Assembly (NCBI GenBank): GCA_002633005.1
Contig: NMRA01000431.1
Coordinates: forward strand, 185,733 to 249,732
Reading direction: 5' to 3'
Source: Phoronis australis
Lineage: Eukaryota > Animalia > Phoronida
DNA: 64,000 bases
A program made the translations under genes and the position numbers. The notes beneath the pieces are model-generated. The model worked only from the letters and a program-made list of their open reading frames with translations. It searched no databases and was not told the DNA's origin. Below are positions 53,101 to 64,000 of this stretch, one piece after another (positions within the stretch are counted from its first letter, which is position 1; every line of letters begins with the position of its first letter).

Positions 53101-56100
53101 CAAAAACTAAACAAGACCAGAAATTCAGAATTGTTGTTGGTTTATGTTCAGACAATTCATTACTTATCTTTTATTTTTAACAGCACAGTCCATTCAGGCT
53201 AAGTATGATCTTACCTGAGACTAGAGCAATTATCAAACAAAAGAGAGCCAACCCTCCAACCATAAATACCAGAATGGAGTTAATCCGTGGTGTAAGATAC
53301 TGGCTAAACTGGTCAAGGGTCAACTTGTTCTTTTGCTAGTGATTAAACAAGATAAAGTCAACGGGAGAACGCCGTAATGGTATATATCTGTAAATTTTCC
53401 GATACAAACGGTGCCTAAGTAATGATCTGGCCATATGCTGCTTCCATGAATTCTTTCACCTTTTATGTACAGGTGTTCAATTTCAATAATATCAGAATGG
53501 CGAGTCCAAAGAATCATTTCATATCTGCTTCAGTAAAGAGCAGGAGAGTTTAGGTTTTTTCGCGCTCAAGGTTTCGTTGAAACTGAGTGGCTGGGAGCTA
53601 AAATTCTGATGAGAGGGGGTTTAACAATTAAGACACAAACACTTATTTTAAAGTGTTTCAGCGCAACCAGAAAGATAAGAAGTTCTCACTGGGTGAAATC
53701 TTTCTTAGATTTTCAATTTCACTTTTGACATGACCTCCAAAATGGCACTGCAAGAGGCTTTATGAATAATGTAGATGGACAGAGCTTTCCTGCGATAAAA
53801 GCTTATCGATGCCACCTAGCAGATAAAAACATCTGCAACTAATGCTGTTCAAACTGGTTAATGTCATCTACTGCACTACTGTCATTTTTCAAATGTATTG
53901 TGTAACAAATGTCACCATGTTAAAACCTGTTATGTAGCAACCAACTTGGTGGACTGTAAACAAAATGATGATAAACAACACTTGTCACTTTACCACACCA
54001 CAATTTAAAGCACTGTTGTTGAAACACTACAACAGACTAGATGCAACACTACAACAGATGCAATTACATAAAGGTATGTTTCATCAACTGTGACTTGAGA
54101 CTTGAGACAGAAATTTGGTTTATACTCTCACTTCACAATTCCTGAAAAATGTTTAGTTATGAAATTATCTCAACTTCACTGCCTGGATGTTTTGCAAATA
54201 GATATGTGGAGCGTAAGAACAAATTTATTTCGTAAGTCACTTTCATGAAGCAACCCAAACATAAAATTAACTAAAATTTACTTGTGAGGCAGCATTGCAA
54301 AGGGCTGCACCTTGAGAGATGTACCCATGATGATAAGTAAGTCACACTTGGGTAGGTCCTGGATGGAAACACACAACAAAGAGGTTCACAAGGGTGAGCT
54401 GAATTAATTAAATGAGGCCCTGCATGTCCCTATGCATGTCACATAATTAACACAATTCATCAATATGATATGAAAAACAAACATTCATGTAGAATCCTAT
54501 TTCAATTAAAAATCTCAGAATGCTAAAGCATTTTAACTGCAAAAAGCACTAGTCCTGCAATCTTAACTATTAATGTACTCAACAAAATAAAAAGAAAAAA
54601 CACGGGATTGAATAACCACAAATGGTTAACAAGACACTAGTAATTAAATCATTTTATACACATGGTACCATCTATGATTCGACTTTTCTTACACAAGACC
54701 AAGGCCAAACCACAGACTGTGTACTACTAGTAATCACAAACTGTTCAATGCATCGGCCAATCAAAACAATGTCAATAAGTTCATTGGTCAATCATTCAAG
54801 ACTAATGACTTCAATGGCCAATCAAAACTGGCCAATCAAAACTGGCCAATCAAAACTGGCCAATCACAACTATGCTGTCATGTGACTTGCCTGTTTAACT
54901 AACTGGAAGAATCTTTGTGGCAGAGCTTCACCAAAAAACACCACATCTGAAAATATTCTTCAAACTTAAGGTTATGTAAGACTTTGTTGACAAGTCTGTA
55001 CACTTAGCCAAATATCCACAAAACTAGAAATTAACGCAGTAAGACTATATACTATCTGAAAGTATATACTGTCTGAAAGTATATACTGTCTGAAAGTATA
55101 TACTGTCTGAAAGTATATACTGTCTGAAAGCAGTAAAAGTATATACTGTCTGAAAGCAGTAAAAGTAAATACTGTCTGAAGGCAGTAAAAGTAAATACTG
55201 TCTGAAAGCAGTAAAAGTAAATACTGTCTGAAAGCAGAAATTCCATAGAATTTCATTTCTGACTTTACACCAATATGCCACTAAGTAAGTCACATGAGTG
55301 TGTTTTTTAAAGAAAATTTAGCAAAAAAGAAAGATGCCTTCACAGCAAAACGACAGGATCAATAAAATGACCATATATGGTATGGTTCAAGATAAATTTC
55401 AAAAACTCTTTTAAATTATCAGTTTGTTTTTACTGTCGGCAAATTTACACATTTTTCATGGAAATCACAGAAGTCCTATTTTTGATAGTCCCTCATGCAA
55501 AAGAAGAACACTACAAAAACAATTCCTAAAAGACTTTTAGAGAACAGCTGTATGAAGCATAGTATCTGAAAGTTTCCTGTGAATACAAACAGCCATTTCT
55601 GAGATACGATGTTCTGAATTTGCCCAAAATTGGACATTTTTCTACGTTCCTACATAATCTTCAGTAACAACTGTGCACAATCAACTTAAACAAAGGCACA
55701 GTATTCTAAATCAAGTCAGCTTTTATAAACACCTAGCTGTTTAGAACCCATTAAAATGCTCATATCTGTACATGGGACACATTTTTCTGGTAATTACGCC
55801 AGCATTATTTTTTCAAATTTAAACTCAACACATAACAAACAATTTTCTTCCCAACCATAAATACGACAGATGACAAACTGCCTACTCAAACAGTCAGGTC
55901 AATACTAACCTGGTTTCACAATGCCATCGCATCCATCTTTTACACATTGTGGAATGCTCACAGTGTCTCCCTTGAAAAGTTCAACTGAAAGAAATCACAA
56001 GTTAGTATACATGATTCACTCTGCTTGTATGTGTGTGCTTACGTGTACGTGGGTAATAAACACAAGAACAACATAGTGCATTGAAATGCATCCATGACTG

Positions 56101-59100
56101 CACTGCTAACACATTGCATCAAACTTATCCCAAAATCAATGTCACGAGTATGCTCCCCCACCAAGAGCACATATTTAATTTCATGAAAACCGATGAAAGG
56201 AATTGTTACTGAGCCAAAGGCCTTACAAATGCCACAACATTGCCCATTCTGTTTTCACTGTAGATTTTCCTGTGTAGTGCTATAACTTATCATTCACTCA
56301 GTCGTGACGTCATTCACTCAGTCGTGACGTCATTCACTCAGTCGTGACGTCATTCACTCAGCCGCGACGTCATTCACTCAGCCGCGACGTCATTCACTCA
56401 GCCGCGACGTCATTCACTCAGTCGTGCGTCATTCACTCAGTCGTGCGTCATTCACTCAGTCGTGACATCATTCACTCAGTCGTGACGTCATTCACTCAGT
56501 CGCGACATCATTCACTCAGTCCTGACATTATTCACTCAGTCGAGACATCATTCAATCAGTCGTGGCATCAAACTTTACTGGACTTGAGAGATTTACTCAA
56601 GATTCGTTGACAGCTGCCACCAGGCGTCACAACAGACTGAAAAACTTAACAGTGTATGACAAAACACAACTATCAATATATGAGCAAGTAAAGTACATTG
56701 TACCTTTCAGCCACTCCTGGTCATATTCTTGACCACACTTCCTGCAATGACCATGGTGAAATGACCCGTGAGCTTCAACGATTTTGTCGGCCGGAATACC
56801 AGCCAGATATTCTAAAGTGTCGATGTTCTGAGAAAAGAAATCATCATATTAATTAACCATATTACAAAATGCGGTAAAAGGTATATAGGCTGGATAACTG
56901 ACACTGCATGTCATGTTGTCATTGAACTGTGCAACAATCAAGCTTATCTGTGGATAAGTTTTCAGTTTTAATGTTGCCCAGCCCAGAATACTAGGAGTGT
57001 CTTCTTCATTCCCTTTTCATAATCCAAGTTAAGTTCAGTTTAAAAGTCTTCTCAATGACCACAGCTTGTTGCTAAGCACTAGATAAAGAGTCGCCCCACA
57101 CAAGGTTATCCCAATTACAACATAACTGTATTGTGAAATTTGTGAACATAAGAAAGATGAGGCATACATATATGATTATAAAATGTAGTAATAATAATTA
57201 TTATTATAATCAGGATCATGTTTACACAGCACTTATACAACTACGTGTCTCCCATTTTTATTCAAAACATTCAAATATGAAATTCAGCAGCCGACTCAGG
57301 ACGGACGTGACCATTTTAAAATAATGAGATGTTTTTTGAACACTGAGGGTATTGTAAACTATATCCCAATTACACTTTAAACTTTATAATCCGCGTAATT
57401 TTAAGGGTATTGTAAACAGAAATGCAGAACATACCTGTGTGTAATGCCGAAGCAATAACCCCTTGTCATGTAGGAGGCGCACAAAGAAATGGGCAGGCGT
57501 TGGCTGTAATAAAATACAGAAATGAAGTGATACTTATTTGCTAAATTTCATGAACATTCATCAAGGATATCAAGGTAAACACAACAAAAAACAAAAATGT
57601 CATAGGATGTCTCCACAGTTGTCAGATTTATTCCAAAATCCACGTCAGCTGTACTCTCCTCAATAGAAACACACGGCAAATTTCATGAAGATCCATCACG
57701 AAAGTTGAATTGAGCACCAGGTAAGAGGACGCCACAGTAGTTGGACTGGTTCAAAAACTATAGTCAGCCATGCATTTCCCAGGAGGAAAACAAGCCAAGT
57801 GTCATGATGATATTTAAAGTGAATTTGCAGATAGAGGCAAACACCAAAAACCGGACTAAAATATAACAAAGTGGACACTAGGTAGCATACAATATGTCGC
57901 ATTCATTTGCAAATGAGAAAGTGTTAAAGCCTCTTTGATAGAAACCTATTTATTGCTATGTTTCATGAAAATTGTACAAGGAACTCTGAAAATAAAGAGA
58001 AAAATGTACAAAAATGAAATTTCTAGTAGGAGGCACAACAGTAATTGGACGTGTCCGAAAGTTGTTGTCATCCGTCGTCACATTCCTAAAAACACAGCAG
58101 TTAAATTTAACAACTTTAGATCCTGCAAGATGTTCTATGAGATACAGCCGTGTATGAGGAAAAAAACTGACACAGGATGGAGCCACAGTAGCCAGAGTCA
58201 TGTGAAAACCATCGTCTCAATTTGCCAAATTTCATGAACATCCATCAACGAGCTCCGAAGATACAAAGGAAAACATAAAAATAAAATTGTCACAAGGTGG
58301 CACAATGGTAGTCCGATCCTTCCGAATGTAGTCGACATCTGATGTCACTTTCGTAGAAATGTGAGAGATTTGTGAGATACAGCCGTGGATCTTCTACTGC
58401 CCTCTTTTCAGAAGGAACAAATATACTAATTTTCATAATCATGCTTAGAGAGGAGGATGCCAAAAAGTTAAAAAAACAAGGTTGTTCGATACAAGGTTAG
58501 TCTATGTTTGTGTGACATTATTGTGTACATTACTGTTCACATAGTAACATCACTTCATGCAACAAATTTTGCGTGCAAACCGTAATTTGGAATAAATTGA
58601 AATATTTAGGCTATCCTGCCAAACTTTGAGACTGTATGGGTAGTCACTAGTGTCTTGCCAATCATCTCCATTGCATCTCCCATTCATTGTATTTAAAACA
58701 TGTCATAAATCATCAAGTCTGCATACGTCGAACTACGAATTTATTTGCACACTGATTGACTCTGACAGTTAATCAGAAGTGAAATCATATTTCTTCTCAA
58801 GATTAGGTAAGCATTAACTTGGCACTTTATGATAACTAAACCAAACTTGACTTTAAGTAATAACAGCTAAGCTTTAAAAGATTTTAAACATTAACAAATA
58901 CAGATAAAGTCTATTTTTTCAACAGATAATCAATTTCTGTACCATTAACTCACAAACACAAAAAAACTTAAATGAGCTTCGAATTCCAAGTTTATTTCGA
59001 TGCTTCAAATTCAGACATGACCAACTAAATAAGGCAATATCAGAAAATGACCGCTCATTTATAATGTGGGCCTACAAATAAAAATTTCACATATAATTGA

Positions 59101-60389
59101 GTGCGTTTGACAGCATGTGCGTTGTCACTTATGGAATAAGCTAGTGCCCAAGCAAACTGTTCAATTGCTTAAGATAAGAATGATATCATTCCTGATTGGT
59201 TAAACAATGTGTTTCCTAAATACAAATTATGTTTCAAGTATCAGTCAATCAAACAGTGAATGAGGGTTTTAGTATGCTTAAAAATTCTAAAATTCGCCAA
59301 CTGATCGCTTAAATACGGTGTGCAGAGAAGTGGGTGATGATAGCCACAATGGAGGAAAGAAATCTTCAATAATTACTCCTGTATGGTTTTAGGCTATTGA
59401 AAGGCAGTTCCAGGTCCTTAAAATTCTACTAGTTCCAGACATCCAGATCATTAAAATTCCATTGGAAAAGATGAAGAACTGATTTGGAGGAAAAATCAAT
59501 GTTCAAACTTAACTTAATATAATTTTATATACATTATTACATCGTACGGAAAATCACAAATTGTATCGAATGAGTGTGGTAAAGAGGCACAATAATCCAA
59601 ATCCATCCAAAACTGTGAAGGTGTTGTCCCATCCTTAATAGATACATATTTGTCAAATTTCATGAAAATTCATCAGGCAAATGTAAAAGAACTAAAATTT
59701 GCACTAATGAAAACAATGGAAGTCAGATCCATCCAATAATATGATTTGGTAGTGCCGTCCCATCCACTATAGAAACATGTCCAAAAACATTCGTCGAGAG
59801 GTTTTGGAGACACAGCAGCAGGCGCCGGACAGATGGGTGGGGATGATGGCATAATGCATCCACCTACCCATACGCACACATGCACACGCGCACGCACACA
59901 CACATATTGTGCATAAAACTGCAATAGTTTCACATACAAAATTATGAACTTTTCCCATTTTGAACAGACCTTGGTCTCAAGTGACATTAGGAGTTCTCAA
60001 CTTATTATACAGCCAGTAGCAACACATGAAACATGTTACATAAGTTTACCTGGCCACAGTTCCCTCGCTTATTGAAACATGTTACATACCATAAGTTTAC
60101 CTGGCCAGAGTAGCGACACATGAAACAAGTTACATACCGTAAGTTTGCTTGGCCACAGTTCCCTCGCTAATTGAAACATGTTACATACCATAAGTTTACC
60201 TGGCCACTGTAGCAACACATGAAACATGTTACATACCGTAAGTTTGCCTGGCCACAGTAGCAACACATGAAACATGTTACATACCATAAGTTTACCTGGC
60301 CACAGTAGCAACACACGAAACATGTTACATACCGTAAGTTTGCCTGGCCACAGTTCCCTCGCTAATTGAAAGAATGGCTCTGGATTTTC
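47055..60389 (-). CDS. SIRT2: NAD-dependent deacetylase, SIRT2-like, 5'-partial, 10 coding exons
   Basis: The spliced frame contains [38 protein letters not shown], Zn cysteines, [21 protein letters not shown] and PRLYIN. It also has the SIRT2-type insertion [20 protein letters not shown]. Exon lengths sum to 741 nt. Confidence 0.92.
47570..48825 (+). repeat. Non-autonomous repeat with ~150-bp subunits in ~430-450-bp higher-order units, each subunit carrying a CCTAGTGGC-type motif
   Basis: gcgccatctagtg-type motifs at 47846, 48295, 48721; other motif copies at 47706, 48006, 48154, 48448, 48590. Superfamily unassigned. Confidence 0.8.
50599..50665 (-). CDS. SIRT2: SIRT2 exon [22 protein letters not shown]
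   Basis: 67 nt, tgtag|...|gttagt. Confidence 0.92.
51296..51372 (-). CDS. SIRT2: SIRT2 exon [26 protein letters not shown]
   Basis: 77 nt, tgtag|...|gtatgc; SIRT2-type insertion loop. Confidence 0.9.
52462..52516 (-). CDS. SIRT2: SIRT2 exon [18 protein letters not shown]
   Basis: 55 nt, tttcag|...|gtaagt. Confidence 0.88.
54282..54358 (-). CDS. SIRT2: SIRT2 exon [25 protein letters not shown]
   Basis: 77 nt, tccag|...|gtaaat. Confidence 0.93.
54891..54946 (-). CDS. SIRT2: SIRT2 exon [19 protein letters not shown] (GC donor)
   Basis: 56 nt, tttcag|...CAG|gcaagt. Confidence 0.88.
54966..55663. mobile_element. TTAA-flanked non-autonomous DNA transposon (Kolobok/piggyBac-like) with an internal minisatellite
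   Basis: ttaaggttatgta...tacataatcttca termini; homologous to 11810-12291; tactgtctgaaag array at 55049-55235. Confidence 0.6.
55910..55984 (-). CDS. SIRT2: SIRT2 exon [25 protein letters not shown]
   Basis: 75 nt, tttcag|...|gttagt. Confidence 0.9.
56290..56567. repeat. 20-bp minisatellite, about 14 copies
   Basis: tcattcactcagtcgtgacg. Confidence 0.95.
56704..56827 (-). CDS. SIRT2: SIRT2 exon NIDTLE...[15 protein letters not shown]...WLK (catalytic His)
   Basis: 124 nt, ctcag|...|gtacaa. Confidence 0.95.
57435..57503 (-). CDS. SIRT2: SIRT2 exon [23 protein letters not shown]
   Basis: 69 nt, tacag|...|gtatgt. Confidence 0.95.
57530..58470 (-). repeat. Diverged inverted copy of the same repeat family
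   Basis: Repeated caaatttcatgaa, gagatacagccgtg and cactaggtagc/ctagtaggaggcac motifs complementary to 47570-48825. Further fragments lie at about 3005-3180 and 59540-59850. Confidence 0.5.
60013..60370 (-). repeat. 48/51-bp tandem repeat containing the SIRT2 exon 3' end and donor, about 7 copies
   Basis: ctgtggccaggYaaacttaYg|gtatgtaacatgtttca repeated; translates as repeated WPGKL(T/M)VCNMF. Confidence 0.95.
60333..60389 (-). CDS. SIRT2: SIRT2 exon [19 protein letters not shown]
   Basis: 57 nt, tttcag|...|gtatgt; the donor is repeated downstream. Confidence 0.9.
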
Positions 60390-61099
60390 CTGAAATGGCA
60401 AATCAAAATATTCGTTAAAATCACACAACATGTAACTAACAAGGAAAATAGTTCCAAAGATGCATTTCAGGAAAACAGGGTCTATACACGTCAACATCGG
60501 ATATGAATATCAGCAATGTTTAAATGACATTGAACAAGTAAAACTATATGAAACACGTCAATATTCATGTTTATATCATAAATTCATTTGCATCATCTTT
60601 TGCAAACATTCTAACACAGTACAGTAATTTAAAATGAACAGAACATACGATACAGTGTGTAACCACAAGCCAATTTAAAAACCAAACATCACAGGAACTT
60701 AAAATGCATAAGATTAAAATATTATCTGTCTACAAAACAAATATACAGAAACTTCCTGGATTAAGACCTTGAAACAACAACAGGTCATCTCTAATCGCTC
60801 TACTTGCAAGATATATTATCTGGTACTTGTTTTTGAAATTGAAGTGAATCTGTTACCGAGAAAATAAAAATAATCGAACACTCCTTGCCATGTCCTGTCA
60901 GTTGTTCTCAAGAAAATCATCTGAAGAGAACTCACATCAAAATAGTCTATTTCAAAGACGCTGTGAGGACTTGGGAGGTTAAACTTTTCCAGGTTGTCAT
61001 AAAGACCAGTGCCTGGGCTTCGAAAGTCTGGTATACCAGCAGCTGTAATAATAATAACATCAATTAGGAGTTGAATTTTTAAATATTACTCTTAACCTC

Positions 61100-61662
61100 A
61101 TTTGAAAGTATTATCACATTCATAAAAAACTTTACACAAAATATTTTTTAAAGAAAATGAAAATAGTTCAAAACGACAAATGCTCATTTTGCAGTGTTGT
61201 AGAAACTTTTAATCACTTGTTTTTGGAATGTGAGCATGTACTTTCTTTTTGGAATAAATTACAACCTTGGACTTCAAACGTCATTGGAGATAACCTGTTA
61301 CTGGCTGATAAGCGTGTCCTGCTATTTGCATACTTTGGAAATCATGGCTACAAAAGTAATCACGCATTAATGTTAGCTCAGTACTTTATATATACTTGTT
61401 TGAAGTCTTCATGTATTCTGTACTTCAGAGGTTTCTCCCAATTTTATTTGACACTGTCAAAACATGGAAAAGTATGAAATCTAGAGAATCACCCCGACTT
61501 GCTGGTATTTTTTGAAACCCTTAAACATTCAGTATAAATTCAAGCAGAGCTGGAATGTGTGAATGTGAGAGTGAATGGGTTTGTTTTCTTTTCTACTCTA
61601 TTCCATTGTAATATCAGTTTATGCAAATAAACTTAAAAAAACTTAAGGAAAAGAAAAACAAA
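61100..61662 (+). mobile_element. 3' fragment of a non-LTR retrotransposon (L1/Tx1-type ORF2 C-terminal zinc finger)
   Basis: KMKIVQNDKCSFCSVVETFNHLFLECEHVLSFW (CxxC..ET..HLF..C..FW), followed by AATAAA and an A-rich tail. Confidence 0.8.
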
Positions 61663-62464
61663 TTACAGAATGACTTTATAAGCCACCTTGCTAACTGACT
61701 GTGCAGTTAATTCTCCTTCATACTAGGTCATGAGGGAAAATTACTCTGACCATGAATTTGGCTTCAGCCCAGCTGTCATGATGAGGAATTCCGGGTCATT
61801 TTGTCTCAATAGTTTTGACGTGAATTGCATTTAGATTTAAAGCATCATGAAACCTGTGCAAGTTTAGAACAATTTGATACCAATGTCATAATGGTAAGTA
61901 GTCTGAATCAAAAGTTGATTTTTGTGATGGAAGACTGGTTTTTATAGCCAGTCATACTGAAGTGTTGAACATTGTTTCTTCCCAATGTAAATGTTTGCTG
62001 TCACATTCCTATAGGTAAAGCCATCTATTGTCTAGTCTACTCAACAATATGCTGTGAACTCCTTACAAGTAGATATGCCAGCCCCAGCCATGGTGATGAT
62101 GTGTTTACATTTGCCACTCTTCATATAGTTTACGACACCTTCAAAGGTAACATCAGTCAAAACCCTCTCTGGTTCATCTTCGCTGCTATCTGAAAGTGCA
62201 CACTTGAAATATCACACTGCAGTAAGGCCAAAGCTTCTTCAACATTTTTGAAGCTGCGCATCACTACTAAGAACACGCCCAAATCACTCTTTCACTAGAA
62301 GTCTAGCAACTATATTCAAGTTAGGGCTTGACAAATCAGCAGCTGTAATCTCAGCCTGAAATGACTGAATCAATAGCATAGGAAGGTTTTCCTTTAGTGT
62401 GGGGGGAAACTCAGAAATTTGAGACCCCCGTCAGCATCTGTACAGGCAATAGTGTTAATCCCTG

Positions 62465-62581
62465 GTCAACCATGTTAGTCAACCATGTCAGTCAACCATG
62501 TCAGTCAACCATGTCAGTCAACCATGTCAGTCAACCATGTCAGTCAACCATGTCAGTCAACCATGTCAGTCAACCATGTCA
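62465..62581. repeat. 13-bp minisatellite, about 9 copies
   Basis: agtcaaccatgtc. Confidence 0.95.
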
Positions 62582-63282
62582 CTGCATCGTGGAAGCTAAA
62601 AAGGGATCCTCACACCCGTTTAACTGATATCACGTGAATTTTTGTATTTGATAAAAATAACTAAGAAAATACAGCATCACCGCATTAATTTTTAAAACAC
62701 TTAGAACTAAATAATTATTCTTTTTTGTTTTAATCTTCAATTAGGTGAACATTGCTTTAGATGAGAAAGAATGTTTATTAGTAAATGACTAACAGCATTT
62801 CCAAATCTTTTCAGTACTCATGTATTAGTAACAACTCAATCACTGTACATATAGTAACAACTCAATCAGTGTACATAAGTATGTACTAGTAACAACTCAA
62901 TCAGTGTACATAAGTATGTACTAGTAACAACTCAATCAATGTAGTCATACCAGTCAATCAAATAGCTTCAGCATCCATTTACTTAATAGTTAAAACTTCT
63001 TACCACTTTCTGGTTCTTCTGACTTTTTAGAAACTGAAATAAAGTTTTAAACATTAATGTCAAAGTTACGGGTTCCCAAATGCACACATGTGAGATAATA
63101 TTGTGTGGACTAAGTAGTTTAGTCGTGGAAAGACACCAATTAACTTGAACCCACAGCCTTTCTCATTCCCATGACTAAAACTTGGGGCCACAAGTTATAT
63201 TGCTTAAGGATCCAGAAAAACACGGAGAATGTCCTGGAGTAGAAATCTCATCCTCTTACTTAATTGGCATCCTTGGTTTCAG

Positions 63283-63422
63283 GACAGGAAGGGAGTCCTT
63301 ATGACAGGAAGGGAGTCCTTATGACAGGAAGGGAGTCCTTATGACAGGAAGGGAGTCCTTATGACAGGAAGGGAGTCCTTATGACAGGAAGGGACTCCTT
63401 ATGACAGGAAGGGACTCCTTAT
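63283..63422. repeat. 20-bp minisatellite, 7 copies
   Basis: gacaggaagggagtccttat. Confidence 0.95.
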
Positions 63423-64000
63423 CACTCATCCTTTCCAAATCCTAAAACTAATTGCACTTCCTAATCTTCTTTTCTTTTAAGCCACAAAAAACTTAAAGTT
63501 GGGACATTATTTTCATTTGCTGAGCATGTCAAACCATGTCACAATCACTTTTGCAGCAAAATAACATAAAAAAGTACCACTGTGCAACTCAATTTCAACC
63601 ACTATCTTGGAAGAAGCAGAAAAAATTCAGACTTTTCAAACGTGGTTCAGAGCTATTCCAATATGGGTCAAGATTTCCAAACACGGAGCAGCTGGGTCCA
63701 TTTTGGCTCCGTGATATGCCTTTATTGCAGACGAGGTCACAGATATCTATGCTTGCTTGCATTATTCATTGAAAAACGAGGAGACAAACATTAAGAGTAT
63801 GCTGATACAGGAACTACAGCTAGTGGTGAGCTGTCCAGCCACTTTAAGACATGCATGCGTAGGGTATAATGGTGGAAATGTCACGAGTGGACATAAACTT
63901 TTCGAACAATGTTGCCATGACGAACGGCATGGAAAGAACAAAACCTAGACTTAAGGATCATTTTCGCATCGACATTTGTGAGCTTAAACCATTTTTTACT

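Noticed and set aside
54972-55293. Repetitive minus-strand ORFs ([12 protein letters not shown])
   Set aside because: Translation of a minisatellite inside a non-autonomous transposon.
47055-60389. SIRT3 identity
   Set aside because: LLHDKGLL resembles SIRT3, but the DPFL..MGL.GG.F...YRD insertion and the many-small-exon layout fit SIRT2.
60390-64000. SIRT2 GAGIS and GIPDFRS exons, and short ORFs at 63536-63948
   Set aside because: The motifs were not found and the ORFs have no recognisable similarity; the 5' exons are presumed to lie beyond 64000.

Overview
Eukaryotic (animal) genomic DNA: AT-rich, intron-rich, with one assembly gap at 15101-15862. It is probably an invertebrate bilaterian, but the species cannot be determined from the sequence. 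Two genes converge. (1) A + strand Jagged/Serrate Notch ligand has 22 coding exons from 14835 to 40657, which I spliced by hand into one open frame of 3321 nt including the stop. It encodes the end of the C2/MNNL domain, DSL, 16 EGF repeats, a vWC-like domain, a TM helix and an ICD ending -EVIV. Its first exons lie upstream of the window. (2) A - strand SIRT2-like sirtuin has 10 coding exons from 60389 to 47055 (741 nt including the stop), one GC-AG intron, and 5' exons beyond the window. The introns contain an inverted pair of ~1.4-kb solo-LTR-like elements, a repeat family with regularly spaced CTCF-consensus motifs, Penelope and LINE fragments, MITEs and many young minisatellites. The most unusual observation is that in both genes a tandem repeat is built from the 3' end of a coding exon plus its 5' splice site, giving arrays of competing donors. 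These introduce a stop in Jagged and stay in frame in SIRT2. Coordinates were counted by eye, and comparisons with human genes are from memory, not from a search.
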